From: Euglena gracilis
Lineage: Eukaryota
Direction: 5' to 3'
DNA: 64,000 bases
Assembly (NCBI GenBank): GCA_039621445.1
Contig: CP154954.1
Span: forward strand, 33,147,455-33,211,454
Made by a program: the position numbers and the translations under genes
Part shown: piece after piece, positions 1-12,000 of the stretch
How the letters are laid out: each line of letters begins with the position of its first letter
Position numbering within the stretch: the first letter of the stretch is position 1
Notes under the pieces: generated by a model
What the model was told of the DNA's origin: nothing
Database searches by the model: none
What the model saw: the letters and a program-made list of their open reading frames with translations, nothing else

Positions 1-2836
1 TGGCACTCCCATTTAGCGATCCCGCCGGCCCACGACGACACAGACCCCCTCCCTGCGCTGCCGTCCGGTCTGTCCTTCCCAGGGTCGTCTTTTTTTTTTG
101 ATTGGGGACGGGAGCACTGGAAGGCCCATCCCTGGACAGAGCCCTGTCGTTTGCAACGACAACCGCCTTTACCACACGCCCAGCTGCGGACCAAAATGGC
201 GAGAGGGCTTCTGCCTGGAGGGTCGGTGTGCATTCTTGTTCATCCAGTGTTTCAAAGTGTCCTTGGTTGCTTGGCCTGCCAGCTTGGTGCCTTTCCCATG
301 GCATCGTCTGGGCTCTGACAGAAGGGCAGCCTTCCAACAGTATCCAACAGAAAAGAAGCGACCCTCATCTTGACCCTGTGCTGTCCCATTATCATTGTGT
401 GTCATGTGCCTTTTCCTCTTGCTTCCTCCCTTCCTAGCTTGGCTCTTCGCATTGAGATTCGAGAGTTCGTTTCATTGTTTCTGACGCTGTGTCCAATGGT
501 TGCAGCCTCGAATTCAACAGACCTCTTGCAGCCACAGATACCTCCCAAAGCCGTCCTGTTCACGCAGCTACACACACCACCAAAGGCTTTGGCCAGTTGG
601 AGATGATCACTTGTTGACCGAGGAGCTTTTCCCCAGCCCAAGAATTCCTCTGAAATACCCAAAGCCCTCGAGAAAAGCGACGTCACAAATGTCCAGCTCC
701 AGTCTGAAGTCACACCTCCCCCACCGTAAGGGGCAGGACTTTTCTTTTTATTATCCAACGGCCAACAGCCAATCCGGGGCTCGGGCGGGTTCGAAAATTG
801 AAGCAAATCGAAATTTGTATTCTTTTGATGTTTTCGGCGGATGGACGATGGTCCAAAATTGCTAGAAATACAATCGTTCCCCGATGTGAACTGGTTTTTT
901 GCCAAGGGATATCGAACTCTTGCCCATTTCCCTGGGGATTTTAGTTCAATCTGCTAGGACAGCGGAGTTTCTTTTCTGTTAACAGGCTGGAGGCCCCAAC
1001 TTGGCTCAAACAGAAAACACACCGCACTCGCGTCATGACCCAACGAAGGTCGCCATTGCATTGCCATCGCCAGACAATCGACTGCTGTTGGCTGTGTGTT
1101 CCCACTGCCTTTCCTTCACCATCGTTCTGACAGAGCAGCCAGAAATGGGTTCTCTTGCAATTTTTCTTCACCTCCTCTCCAAACAGCACGTCTCTTTCTC
1201 ATTTTCTCTGCAGCATTTGCGTTTCTGTCGTGTTCCGTTGCATTGTTGTGCTCAGTATGGCATGTCATGTCCATGACCCAGCGGGATATCTTTCTGTGGT
1301 CAGCAATGCGGAGTTTGTGGATCAGGCTTGTTCGGGCATCAACCCATTTATAACCCCCCCCCCTGGCCCAATTACCAAACCGTGATTTACAACCCCACCC
1401 AGAGGGAAAGAACGATGAAGAAGCAATAGACAAAACATGCTAAACTCCTCAGTGTCCGAAAAAACAGGTGTGGTGGGCATGCCAACCTCCCAGGTTTTGG
1501 CAAAAAGAACCATGAAGTTACCCAAAATACCTTGTTTGCCCCCCCCCCAGGGCAAGAATTGGGGGTCATTTTGAACCTCTTCCCATTACACACCAAGGCT
1601 CAATTTATAACCACCCCCCCTTACCCCCCCCCCGCCCCCCCGGACCGACCACCAAACAGGTTCTTATAACCCCTGGGGGGATTTAAGTGAGGAGGTTTTT
1701 AGAGCAAAGGAAGATCATTTTCAATTAAATGCCATTCTAGCGCCATTTTTGAAGTAGAAAAGCTCCAGTATGTTTTGTATTTGCATATTTCGGGAAGCCT
1801 CAGAGCTTCACAAAAGTTCAACCCTCTCCAATCAAATACACATTTATAACATTTTCCGGCGCAAAAAAAAGGTTTTTTATCCATTGTCATGCTGTTATGT
1901 GCAGGGTGTTAATGGAGCGTTGTTTTGTACAGGGGGAGGGGGGCTCAGATCACCCCCCCCCCGCCATTTGGGCTGAGTGGGTTCCGGGACCCCCAAGGAA
2001 CCAAATTTGTATTTTGAGCCGGAGAAGTCATGCGTTGGATATTTTTTTTTGTTTTTGCAAGAAATCACCATTATGGGGCATATGAGCCCAAGAATTTTTT
2101 CGCTTCGCACCAGTTTTTTCCCAGGGGTATCCAGAACCATACATCTCCCCTCCCCTTGCTCATTTAATTTGGCGTCCAATTTGCTCTGTAATGGACGCCT
2201 TTCCAAATGCTACCATACGAATTGAATGAGCAAATTGGAACCAAATTTAAATGAGCATGTGGGTAGGGGATTCTATACCTGATCGACAAATCCAACACCA
2301 GCTTCCATATTTGGGGAGTTACGTTGCCCTCTTCAGTTCCAGTTCGGTTGTCACAATTTTTGTGAATCGAGGTTGTGGCGGAAGCCAAAATGTGTGGTGC
2401 TGGTCGGCATATGTGTGTCCCTGAGAACAGCCTGCAGCTGAGCCCCTTCGTCGAAGCTGTAGTCCCCGGCCCAGGCCTCCCTTCCTTGGACCACAGGTTT
2501 GTCCAACTCAAAACGTTGAAATGGTGGAGGGGTCATCCCCCTCCCAGCCTGAAGCTGAGGGTTTCTCCTCTTCAGAGTTTGTGTGAAATTCGACCTTGTG
2601 TCATTTGCTTTTCCGTTCACTGCGCTTTAAAGTACGATGTTTCCCATCATTGTGACTTTTCCATAATGATCACCGCAGCCCGAACGGAAACGGTGACAAT
2701 TGGAGCAAGTCCCCTGTTATTATGATAAAGGCAAGCGAGGGAAAGAACTGGCTGGGTAAGTTGGGCTGGGAAGGAGTATGGGGAGAAGTATGCAGATATG
2801 GTGTGGCACACATGCACACACACAAATGCAGAAGGG

Positions 2837-2837
<1 letters not shown>

Positions 2838-2896
<59 letters not shown>

Positions 2897-3003
2897 CACG
2901 CAAATACACACACAGACACACATGCATGCAAACACACGCACAAACACACATGGACAAACACACACACACACACACACACCCACACCCAATCACACACACA
3001 CAC
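2838..3003. repeat. (CA)n/(GA)n microsatellite
   Basis: Directly visible CA and GA runs. Confidence 0.95.
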
Positions 3004-3037
3004 CCAATCGCCTTTTTGGCATTTATCCAACCACATC

Positions 3038-6000
3038 ATGGCGAAATGTGTATTGTACCCCAGACCATTTGTGACAAGCAGACCACCGGCTGGAAGGGAG
3101 GGCTGTGAGGCGTCTTTCCGGGAGCTGCAGGAGGAACGCCAGCGAGAGGCCATCCGCCTCCGGCTCCACGCCCCCCCACCCCGCCGCTCCGCCGACCCGC
3201 CCAATCCCCCCCCCCCCCCCCACACCTGCGGACACATTGGCATCTCTACCAACCCCCCCCCCCGCTGCCCACAGATCGATTTTCGGCACTGCCGGTTCCA
3301 GCATCAGTACACCAACTGACCCACCGATGCGGCGGTGCAGCAGTGCTTGGCAGGACACAAACGTCCCATACACTGGGGGAGACCCCGGGCCTTTTGGTTT
3401 GCTTTTTTTTTTGGTTTTGATGGCGAAGGTGGTCCCGTTTCCCAATAAACCCGAAATGGCGAGGCCGGCACACAAAATGGCCGCCCGGCCTGACCGCGGC
3501 AGGGTGGCCGCAGGACACGGAGTTCGCGGCGCAGCTGGCGTCGGCGAAGCAGAGCGCGGAGCAGCGCCGGCAGGCGAAGCGGGAGGCAGAGGACCGGGAC
3601 TTCGAGGAGCGCTTCGCGAAGTTCCTGGCGGACCAGACCGGCTTCGTGCGGGACCTCCGGCAGGAGGTGAAGGAGGTGTGGCTGCTGACACGGGAAGCTG
3701 GAGGGGCCGCTGACACGGAAAGTGTTCTTGATTCGATGCGCTGAGTGCACACAGGCGCAACTTCGGTCCGAAAGTGACGGGAAAAAAGAAATGATGAGAT
3801 TGTTAAAAATTATTTGATTTTGTGGCATTTTTCCCCCGTACCCTTTCTAACCCCTCCCATTCAGACTGATCCCCCATTCATACTGACTCCCCCCATTTAT
3901 ACCGACCGCCGTGAAGGAAAGAAGAAGAAATCCATTTATATATAACCCCAACCCCCTCTCTTGCATCCGGTGCACCAAGGTAAAGCACAGAGAGGTCTCA
4001 GAAAACACAAACAAAAACACTTAGGCTCACGCCAGCGTTTATTTCTGGCGAAATGTGAACAGTGGATAATTGCTTATTGGGGGTGGATGACAAACTGGGA
4101 GAGAGGATGAATGCACGTCACCTCGTCCCCTCCCCCCCCCCAGTTGGGCATCTTGACCCATTTATACCGACCTCCCATTTACACAGACCCCCCCCGAGAT
4201 TTCAAGCAGTGTGAAAGTGACATACCGACCCATCGGTGTGAATGAGGGGGGGGGGGTACGTCTTTTGGTGGCAGTACGTAGTCAAATTTCACACACAAAG
4301 TCGGGGACAGACATTCATTTAGTGTGGTACACCAAGGTTGTCATTTTGTGGTTCACTGTGGACACCACAAAAATTTTTGTGGTTCACCTGTGGACACCAA
4401 AAAATTTTTTGTGGTTCACTTGTGGACACCAAAAAATTTTTTGTGGTTCACCTGTGGACACCAAAGTAATATTTGTGGTTCACATGTGGACACCAAAAAA
4501 TTTCCAACGCCTCTGACATTTGCATCATTTTCTTTCTCATCAACAGCAATGAAGCAATCTTCTTTGAACATGTTTGACTCAGGCGGCGTAAGTGGACCTA
4601 CAATTCTGGAGCTCTAAAAACAGAAGAGGAAGCGGAAAACCACTTCCAAAAAAGGGTCATATTTTTCGATTTTTTTTGAAGAGGTTCTGATTTTGGCCAA
4701 TTCCGGTGGACGTTTGGCTCACAGTAGAGACCTATACAGTCGAAAACAGACCTGAGAAGGCCAATTTACTTTCGAATTCTGGTAAAATCAACAAAACCAA
4801 TCAAGAAATACATGAACAGGAGGAACAGACAAAAACAAGCGTTGTTTCTGCTGCCGTAAGCCCCGAAGGAACGAAACAGAAAAATTAAAAAATGGAAGCG
4901 GTAAATATTACATTCCGCTTCAAAAGCAGGAGATGTGCAACGAAAACTGAACGCAATGAATTATACAGAATGTAATGTAAAAATATGCATAATGTTTGCA
5001 CACCAAAAAGGAAGCGTAAAACCGCTTTGAAAGAATCCGTTAAAAAAAATGTTATGAATTGAAATGATCAACAATGATCACCAAACGATATTCCAATCCC
5101 AATAACAACGAAGAACGTTAACATTTATGAAATTTATGAAGATAACAGAAACTGGACAAACGGAACAGAAATTGAATGTCATTATCCAAAGTGCATAATG
5201 CAAATACGTCAAACCACGTGGAGACAGTTGCACGAGTTACGAAAGGTAGAACAGGCGAAACGATACAGACCTTCTGTTCACTTCCCCGTGCTTCACTTGG
5301 AAGGACATTTCGACATGACATTGGCGTAAAACCTGCAAAAAAAAGCAGAGCAAATATGAAGCGGTTATCCGCTTCCTCAGGCTGACATAATACCTTTTAA
5401 TTATCTCATATTGCCAAACTGCAAAAACCAGAATGAGGCTGACACTCACCCTTCTGAATGAAAAACTATACTGAATGTGGTCTTTCATTGAATGGTCAAG
5501 TTGAAGATCTGACACCACAGCAATGAAGTGGCTTTCCGGCTCCTACCTCAAAACAAAGCACATGGCATTGCCGATTTTTCAGTCACTTTTTCAGGCACTG
5601 AGGCACTCAACTGACATCCACAATGCCCCAGAACGCTCCTAATGTCCACAGCCATGCCAAAGCCCCACGATAATGTCGCGTGTTTCTGCTTCCATGAAGC
5701 GGAATTCCGCTTCATCGACGCCAGTATTTAACTTTTTGATGGTATCCTTGTTGGGTAAGTTGTCTATAGAGCATGTCTGCTTGAGAACTCTCGATAGCAA
5801 TCTGTCCAATTCCAACTGCCACGCTTCGTGGATTGAGCCGGGGCCAAGGCTCAGAATGTGGTTGAGGTGTCTAAAGATCAATCCGCTTTTAGGTGTAAAT
5901 TTTTTCTTTCGATCCTCAATCAATTTTTGTGGACTACAAATTTTTTTGTGTACATCACAAAAATTTTTGTGGTTCACATGTGGACACCAAATATTTTTTT

Positions 6001-9000
6001 TGTGGTTCACCTGTGGACACCAAAAAAAAATTGTGGTTCACCTGTTGACACCGAAAAAAAATTTGTGGTTCACACGTCTTTTGTGAACCACACTAAATGA
6101 ATGTCTGGTCGGGGATATGACACATGGTCAATTTGGGGTTTGTTTTGTAATATAAAAAAAACAGCAACAAAAAAAGCACTACAAGACCATTTTGACCTCT
6201 TCTTTTTTGACTTTTTTGCCAGAAAAGTTTTGTCACAAGCGGGAAAAAGTATTCCATTTTCTGTGAAAACCAGTACAGTCCATAAGGGACGGGAAAGTTC
6301 TTCTTTATTTTTATTTCTTAAGGACCCCCCCTTTGGGCCAAAAGGCCAGCAAATGGCCGGACTCAGGCTTGAATGGTGTCGAAAATCAAAGTCAAAAAAC
6401 ACGTTTTTTGACGTTTTGGGTGGGTGGGCGCTGAGCCAGAGGTGTGGAATCAATTTTCTTCCGCTGTCGATCTGTTCTTGCCGAAAAATGCCAAATTTCC
6501 TTGCCCATTTTTTTTGTGGATTTTTCATTGCATGTGCTGGGACAGCGGAGTTTTTTTTTAATTTTCTTATGGTGCACCAATTGTGCCAGTGAGTTGTGTG
6601 TGTGTGCGCGTGTGTTGTGCAAATTTCTTCTGAAGGAAGGGCGGGGGGGGCAATGGGAAGGCAATTTTGACCACAGGAGTCGGGTTTGGGGAGGGGGGAG
6701 CGTAACACCATGCCCCCAGCACCGAAGGCGCTTGGCCCCCAAAATGACCGTTTTCCAGGAAACTTTTTCACCACCAGGATGCAACATTGACCCCCGTAGT
6801 TGTTGCTTTGCACTGCCTCCAGACCCTGTCGTCCCACCCACCGCAGCTGGACGATCAGCAACAGAGGAGGAAGGAGGCGCTGCACGAGGGGTGGGCGCAG
6901 TCGGTGTACCGCCCAGGCTTCTTTTTATCGACGACCCACCAACACCAGGGTTGCTATGGGATATGGGTTGCCATGGGTAGTGCTATGGGATATGGAGGGA
7001 GGGCACTTTGAAAGCCCTCACAGCTCGGTGGGCATTTGGCTTTGGGGTAGGTTAAGCTAGCACACACACAACACACACATGCACACAACACACACACGCA
7101 CACGCAACACACACACACACAACACAACATAACACACATACAACGCACACAACGCACACACAACACAACACACACACAACACAACACAACACACACACAC
7201 ACAACCCACACAACACAACCCGATCACAACACACACACACCCCGGCGTGGAAGGCGCTGGGGGGCCCGAAAATGGCCAATTTTCTGGGAAGATTGCCTAG
7301 GCCCCTGGTGTGGGCCAACCCCCGCAGAACCAGGCACACCACTGCCCCCCAGGGGGTGCGAAACAGACGCCGGGCCCCGCCCGATCCAGTCGGAGATCCT
7401 CGCCCGCGTCGAGGCCAGCCCCGCCCACGCCATGGGCGCGTCCCGCGGCCGCAGCCGCGGGGACGGCGCCGCGCCGGCCGCCGCATCGCTCGGCGCGTCC
7501 GGCAGCCAGGCGACCCTGGACCGGTCGATGCAGGAGCGGCTGGACCGCATGGCGGGCTCCATCAAGTGCCGCCCCGCCCCGCCCCACCCCGCCCGCCACA
7601 CTCCCAAAAAAAAAGTTTTTTGGCTTTCTGTGTGACCAAACACCATTTAGAATGCTATTTTTTGAACCATGCGGACAGTTTACAGATAAAAAATGGGGCA
7701 TTTGTATTTTTTTAGGGGTCAACCTTTGACCACAGTTCCTGGAAGCATTGACCAGACACTATTTTTAAAGCGAAAATTTCGAAATATTTCAAGGTTTTTG
7801 GGGGGTTTTTTGATATTTTTAAGGCACCTTAAGAATTAATACCTGCCCGCCCTGCTGCCCCCACTGCTGCCGGCGCAGACACGTGAGGCTTCCACTCGTC
7901 GTGGCGCCATCGACTGCCATTTGCAGCTGTCAGTGGGCCGGAACCGCCGCCATCCCATCCCTGTCCATAAGCATCCATTAAGCCTCCCTCCCCCAGGCTG
8001 ACCGACCAGCCAAAGTGATCCCCCCCCTTTTTGACGGTTTTTGTGGGTGTTATCGCCAAAAAAAATTTCGCTTTTCATGTGACCAGCACCACTTAAGGTG
8101 CTAAATCTTTTAAAGCATTGTAACGGATTTCAAATTAAAAAATGGGTATTTATTGGGGTATTTCTAAGAGTCAGATTTTCGCCATCAGTTCCTGGAAGCA
8201 TTGACCCCCCCCCCAGCACTCCCATGGTTGTCTCTGGGGTCACCATGCGCAATTACCCTGCAGGTACTCCGTCAAGGTTCAGGACCCGCTCTTCTCCTCG
8301 CTGGGGACGCACTTCGACGAGGAGTTCAGCGCGCTGGCCGGCGTGCTGCTGAAGCGGAAGGGCCCCGAGTACCGCAACCTGGCCTCACCGCTGGAGTACC
8401 TCCGCCCCGAGGCGACCCCCAACGGCCGCTACTCCGAACAGGTGTGGGGACGCCGCCTTATTGATGCTTTAAAGCATTAAGCCCCCGGTGTAATCCAGGT
8501 CTTGAATTGGTGGCAAAAAGCAAACTCCCTCCATAAAGTGCCCACAACGAGGTATTAGCAGCGTCGATGAATATAACCTGTTTATCATGATCCAGTTATA
8601 ACTTAATAATAATAAGTAAACCCCCCCCCAAATAATACCCCCCCGGGGTATTATTTTTTCGCCCGAAGTCCCGGCCCGAGGGGGGGGGTATTATTTGGGG
8701 GGGGGGTATTATTTTTCCAAAAATTTCGAAATTTTTCGAAGTCCCGTAAAACCCAAAATAGCACCCAAAACCCCCTTTGGGGTCATTTTTTGCACTTTCT
8801 TGTGAAATTTACCATTTTATGGAGGTCAGATGAGCCAGAAAAATTGATTTTTTTTCGTAATTTGTTGTCAGAGATTGTGGTTTTTACCGACATTTTCAGG
8901 TCAAAAATCCGGGCCTTCGGCCCGGAACAGGGGGGGGGTATTATTTCGGCGGCCGAAGTCGGACCCCGAGGGGGGGGGGGGGTATTATTTGGGGGGGGTA

Positions 9001-12000
9001 TTATTTGGGGGGGGGGGTATTATTTGGGGGGGGTTTAACCTATATAATAACCAAATGATGAAAGAAAAAAAAACAGCAATTATGTGAATAAGGCATCCTT
9101 CCAACGCTCCTCATGGGGGTCCAGCCAGCCAGAAGCCTTTTCCCGGCGCTCAGGAGAAATATTTTTAAAATAATTTTTCAGCCTTTTCTCCCATAAAAGC
9201 ATTTGGTTTCTATCTAAAGGGCGGCAGGGCAGTAATGGATTTATTTGCTTTATTGGATGATATCAGGGCCCCCTGAGAGGGGCAACTCAGAGGCTGCAAA
9301 AATTTGGGTTGGCCGGAAAATGAGGGGGAAATTGGCTTGGCCAACCTCCCTATAGGGGCCCCCTTGTCTGCAGCTGGCCGGGCTGGGAAAAAATTAAAGC
9401 GGCAAAAAGGGGCGAACCAGCAAATTATGATATTTTTATGGCAGGTGGGGGGGGGGGGGTGGGGGGGGGGGGGAAAGTCACTCCGGGGGGGGAGGTACCC
9501 GGTGCCCATTTTCCCGGAATTCGGCCCCGCAGCACCCAGGAAATGCGCCGGAATCGGGCAATTGTGGCCAGGTTCAGGGAGAATGAGTGATTAAACCTCC
9601 CCCAAATAACTTTGCAGTGCCCTGAAGCTTTGCGTGCCCAAATAACTTTGCAGGGGGGGGAAGGCCGAAAAGATCGGTCCAAATGATTTTGCCCCACCCC
9701 TTTTCAAGGGAAAACACGCGAAAATTAATGCACGTTTTTGGGAAATCAGGAGGAACTGAAATGCCACAATGTTCCATTATTTGATGAATCAAAGCATTAA
9801 ATTATATTACAAATATCAATGAACAGCACATGACAACAAATTATTTTTCGGGAACGTGGCCAATCGGTCCATCGTGGTTTTGGGTCCTGCCCAAATAGCT
9901 TTGGAAGGGGCTGGGCCAAAAAGATCGGTCCACTAATTTTGCAGGGGGCAAAGTTATTTTGGGGGTGGTTATTTTGAGGAATAGGGTTAGGGTAAGGATT
10001 GGTGCGCCAAAAATTGGCCATTTTTAGGGACCAAGCTAGGCTGGAAGTCAGGTCCCCATTTCGAAATGTTTTTAAGAACACAATCCGCCAAAAAACTGCC
10101 TGAATTCGACCTAAATTGGTCGGTCCGAAATGCATTAAATTCCCCCAAAAAAGGCCAGGAAGCTCTCTGAGAGTCCGGCCGTTACCCTAACCCTATCTTG
10201 AAAAATAGCCCAAATTTTCCCCAAAGGGTGGAACTCGTGTACCACCATCCCCCCCCAGGCTGACTATCGCCCCCCCCCACCGGGGGGGCCTAAGGTAGGT
10301 GGCTGCCATTTTTATTCCCAAATCTGAGATGGCCTGCCCATTTCCGCCCTATTTTCCCCCCACTGGTTTCTGGAGGAGGTCGTTAAGGGCACGCCCTGGT
10401 GGGTGGGTCACCCCCCCGGGGGATCAGGGTGGTCCATTGGGGACAAGGTATTTTTTTTCTTGCTGAGGACCACCCCATTGGCGGCTGGCCTGAACAGGGT
10501 TAGGATGAAGCAATAGTAGATTATAACGTCGGCAAACGTATTTTCCGATGCTTTGGGTGGCAATGGTCTATTAATACTAAAAATCAGAATTTTTTTCAAA
10601 GTCAATTTCCCTCGGGCGAGTGGGCATTTTTCCCCGGGCCCAACACCCAGCTTTTTTTCTTTTTGAGGGGGGGGAACCCCACCACCCATGACCCCCCCCA
10701 GGATCATTTTCAACGCGAGAAAAAAAAACTGTGCTGGCATATTTAACTGAAAATCCACCGGGCAAAAGGGGGATTTTGAGATTTCTCGGCAAACCCGGGC
10801 CACCCGGTATCGTCCCCCAGCCTCCCATTCGCCCCAGAACACGCGGCTCCACCAGCGGCGGCGCGTGGCCAATGCCCCCCGGGACAAGCTGGCGCTGCCG
10901 GACCACTACGCCCCGGCGGTGCTTACTTCAGGGCGGGGGGGGGGGGGGCGGGGATGAGAGACAATTATGTTCGGCAGAAGGGTTGGGGTTCGTGTTGGGA
11001 TTTGTTGAGACGAGTGGTCGCATGTGTGTTGGATTGGCGTTGGGGTGAGCGTCGGGATTGGTCGGTTTCGGAACGAATGACCGACGTGCTCGGCTGCCTT
11101 CCCCGGCCGACCGGAGCCAGACCTCCGGTGGGACACCAACCGCGGACCATGACGCCTCCGGGGGATGCCCCGGCCACGTTTGGAGTTCCGCCGGCCGCCG
11201 CCGAGCCGTCCCTGGAGGACACCCGGGTCGCCCTCCGCAGCGAAGTGGGAGGTGGGCCCAGAGCGCCTCAGAGCAGCCTCGGGAGAGGCGTATACAACAG
11301 CGCATTGCCGTGGGTGTTCGATTTGAAAAGAATACAAACGAACACAACCCCTGTGGAAGCTTTGATATGGCAATGCAACCCAACCCCCCAACTGGAGCGC
11401 CAAGAGGACGCAGAATGCAGAATGTGGGCATCCATGAACAGAAAAGTTCCTGAAAAAAAAATTCGTCAAAAATTGATGTTTTCTGCCAGAGTAGTAGCCT
11501 CAAAATGCGGTTTAAGAATTTTGGTCAAAATGCCTTAAATGGCTTTGAAATGCCTTCAAACATTTGGTCTGGCAAAATTTTCTCCAACCAAGCAAAAATG
11601 AAAACTGCAAAATCTCAGCAAATAAAGGCCAACTCGGGAAGAAAAATGATTTCTGGCATTGCTGGAACATTGTCTATCCAACCAAATCTCAAAAGAAATG
11701 TGTCTTTTGACTCTTTTTTTTTGATTCTGTGAAACGTGCAAAATCCAAAACGTTAGTTTGCCCCGACAACCCTTTGACTGCCCTGGAAAATACCGCTGTA
11801 AAATGCCTTAAATGCTTTAAAAAGCCTTAAGAAATGCTTTAAAAGGCCTTAAAATTTGAAAATTTTTGCCTTGAAAAGTAATCCCTGGTGGCCATCCAAG
11901 AGGTGAGTGACAGCATCAGTAATATCTGATAACATGAAAAAAACAAACAGATCAAGGAAGTACCAGAAATTACAGGCGAAAGGAAAATATTTGGTGTTTT

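Noticed and set aside
1-2700. Short ORFs on both strands upstream of gene 1
   Set aside because: They lack the GC3-rich codon bias of real exons here and have no recognisable protein motif or consistent splice pattern.
2647-3108. Long HT/CV-repeat ORFs in the ORF track (also at 25.7-26.8 kb and 47.5-48.4 kb)
   Set aside because: They are translations of microsatellites and low-complexity tracts.
3317-3319. Apparent in-frame TGA in gene 1 (readthrough or selenocysteine)
   Set aside because: A non-conventional intron at 3319-3512 (CAC/GTG stem) would give TG+G = Trp and keep the frame, and no SECIS element was identified. cDNA is needed to settle it.
4322-4500. Regularly spaced GTGGTTCACCTGTGGACACC repeats resembling a CRISPR array (also at 5930-6070 and 23900-24000)
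   Set aside because: The spacers are short, near-identical A/T runs, there are no cas genes, the context is eukaryotic, and the repeats sit just inside transposon TIRs.
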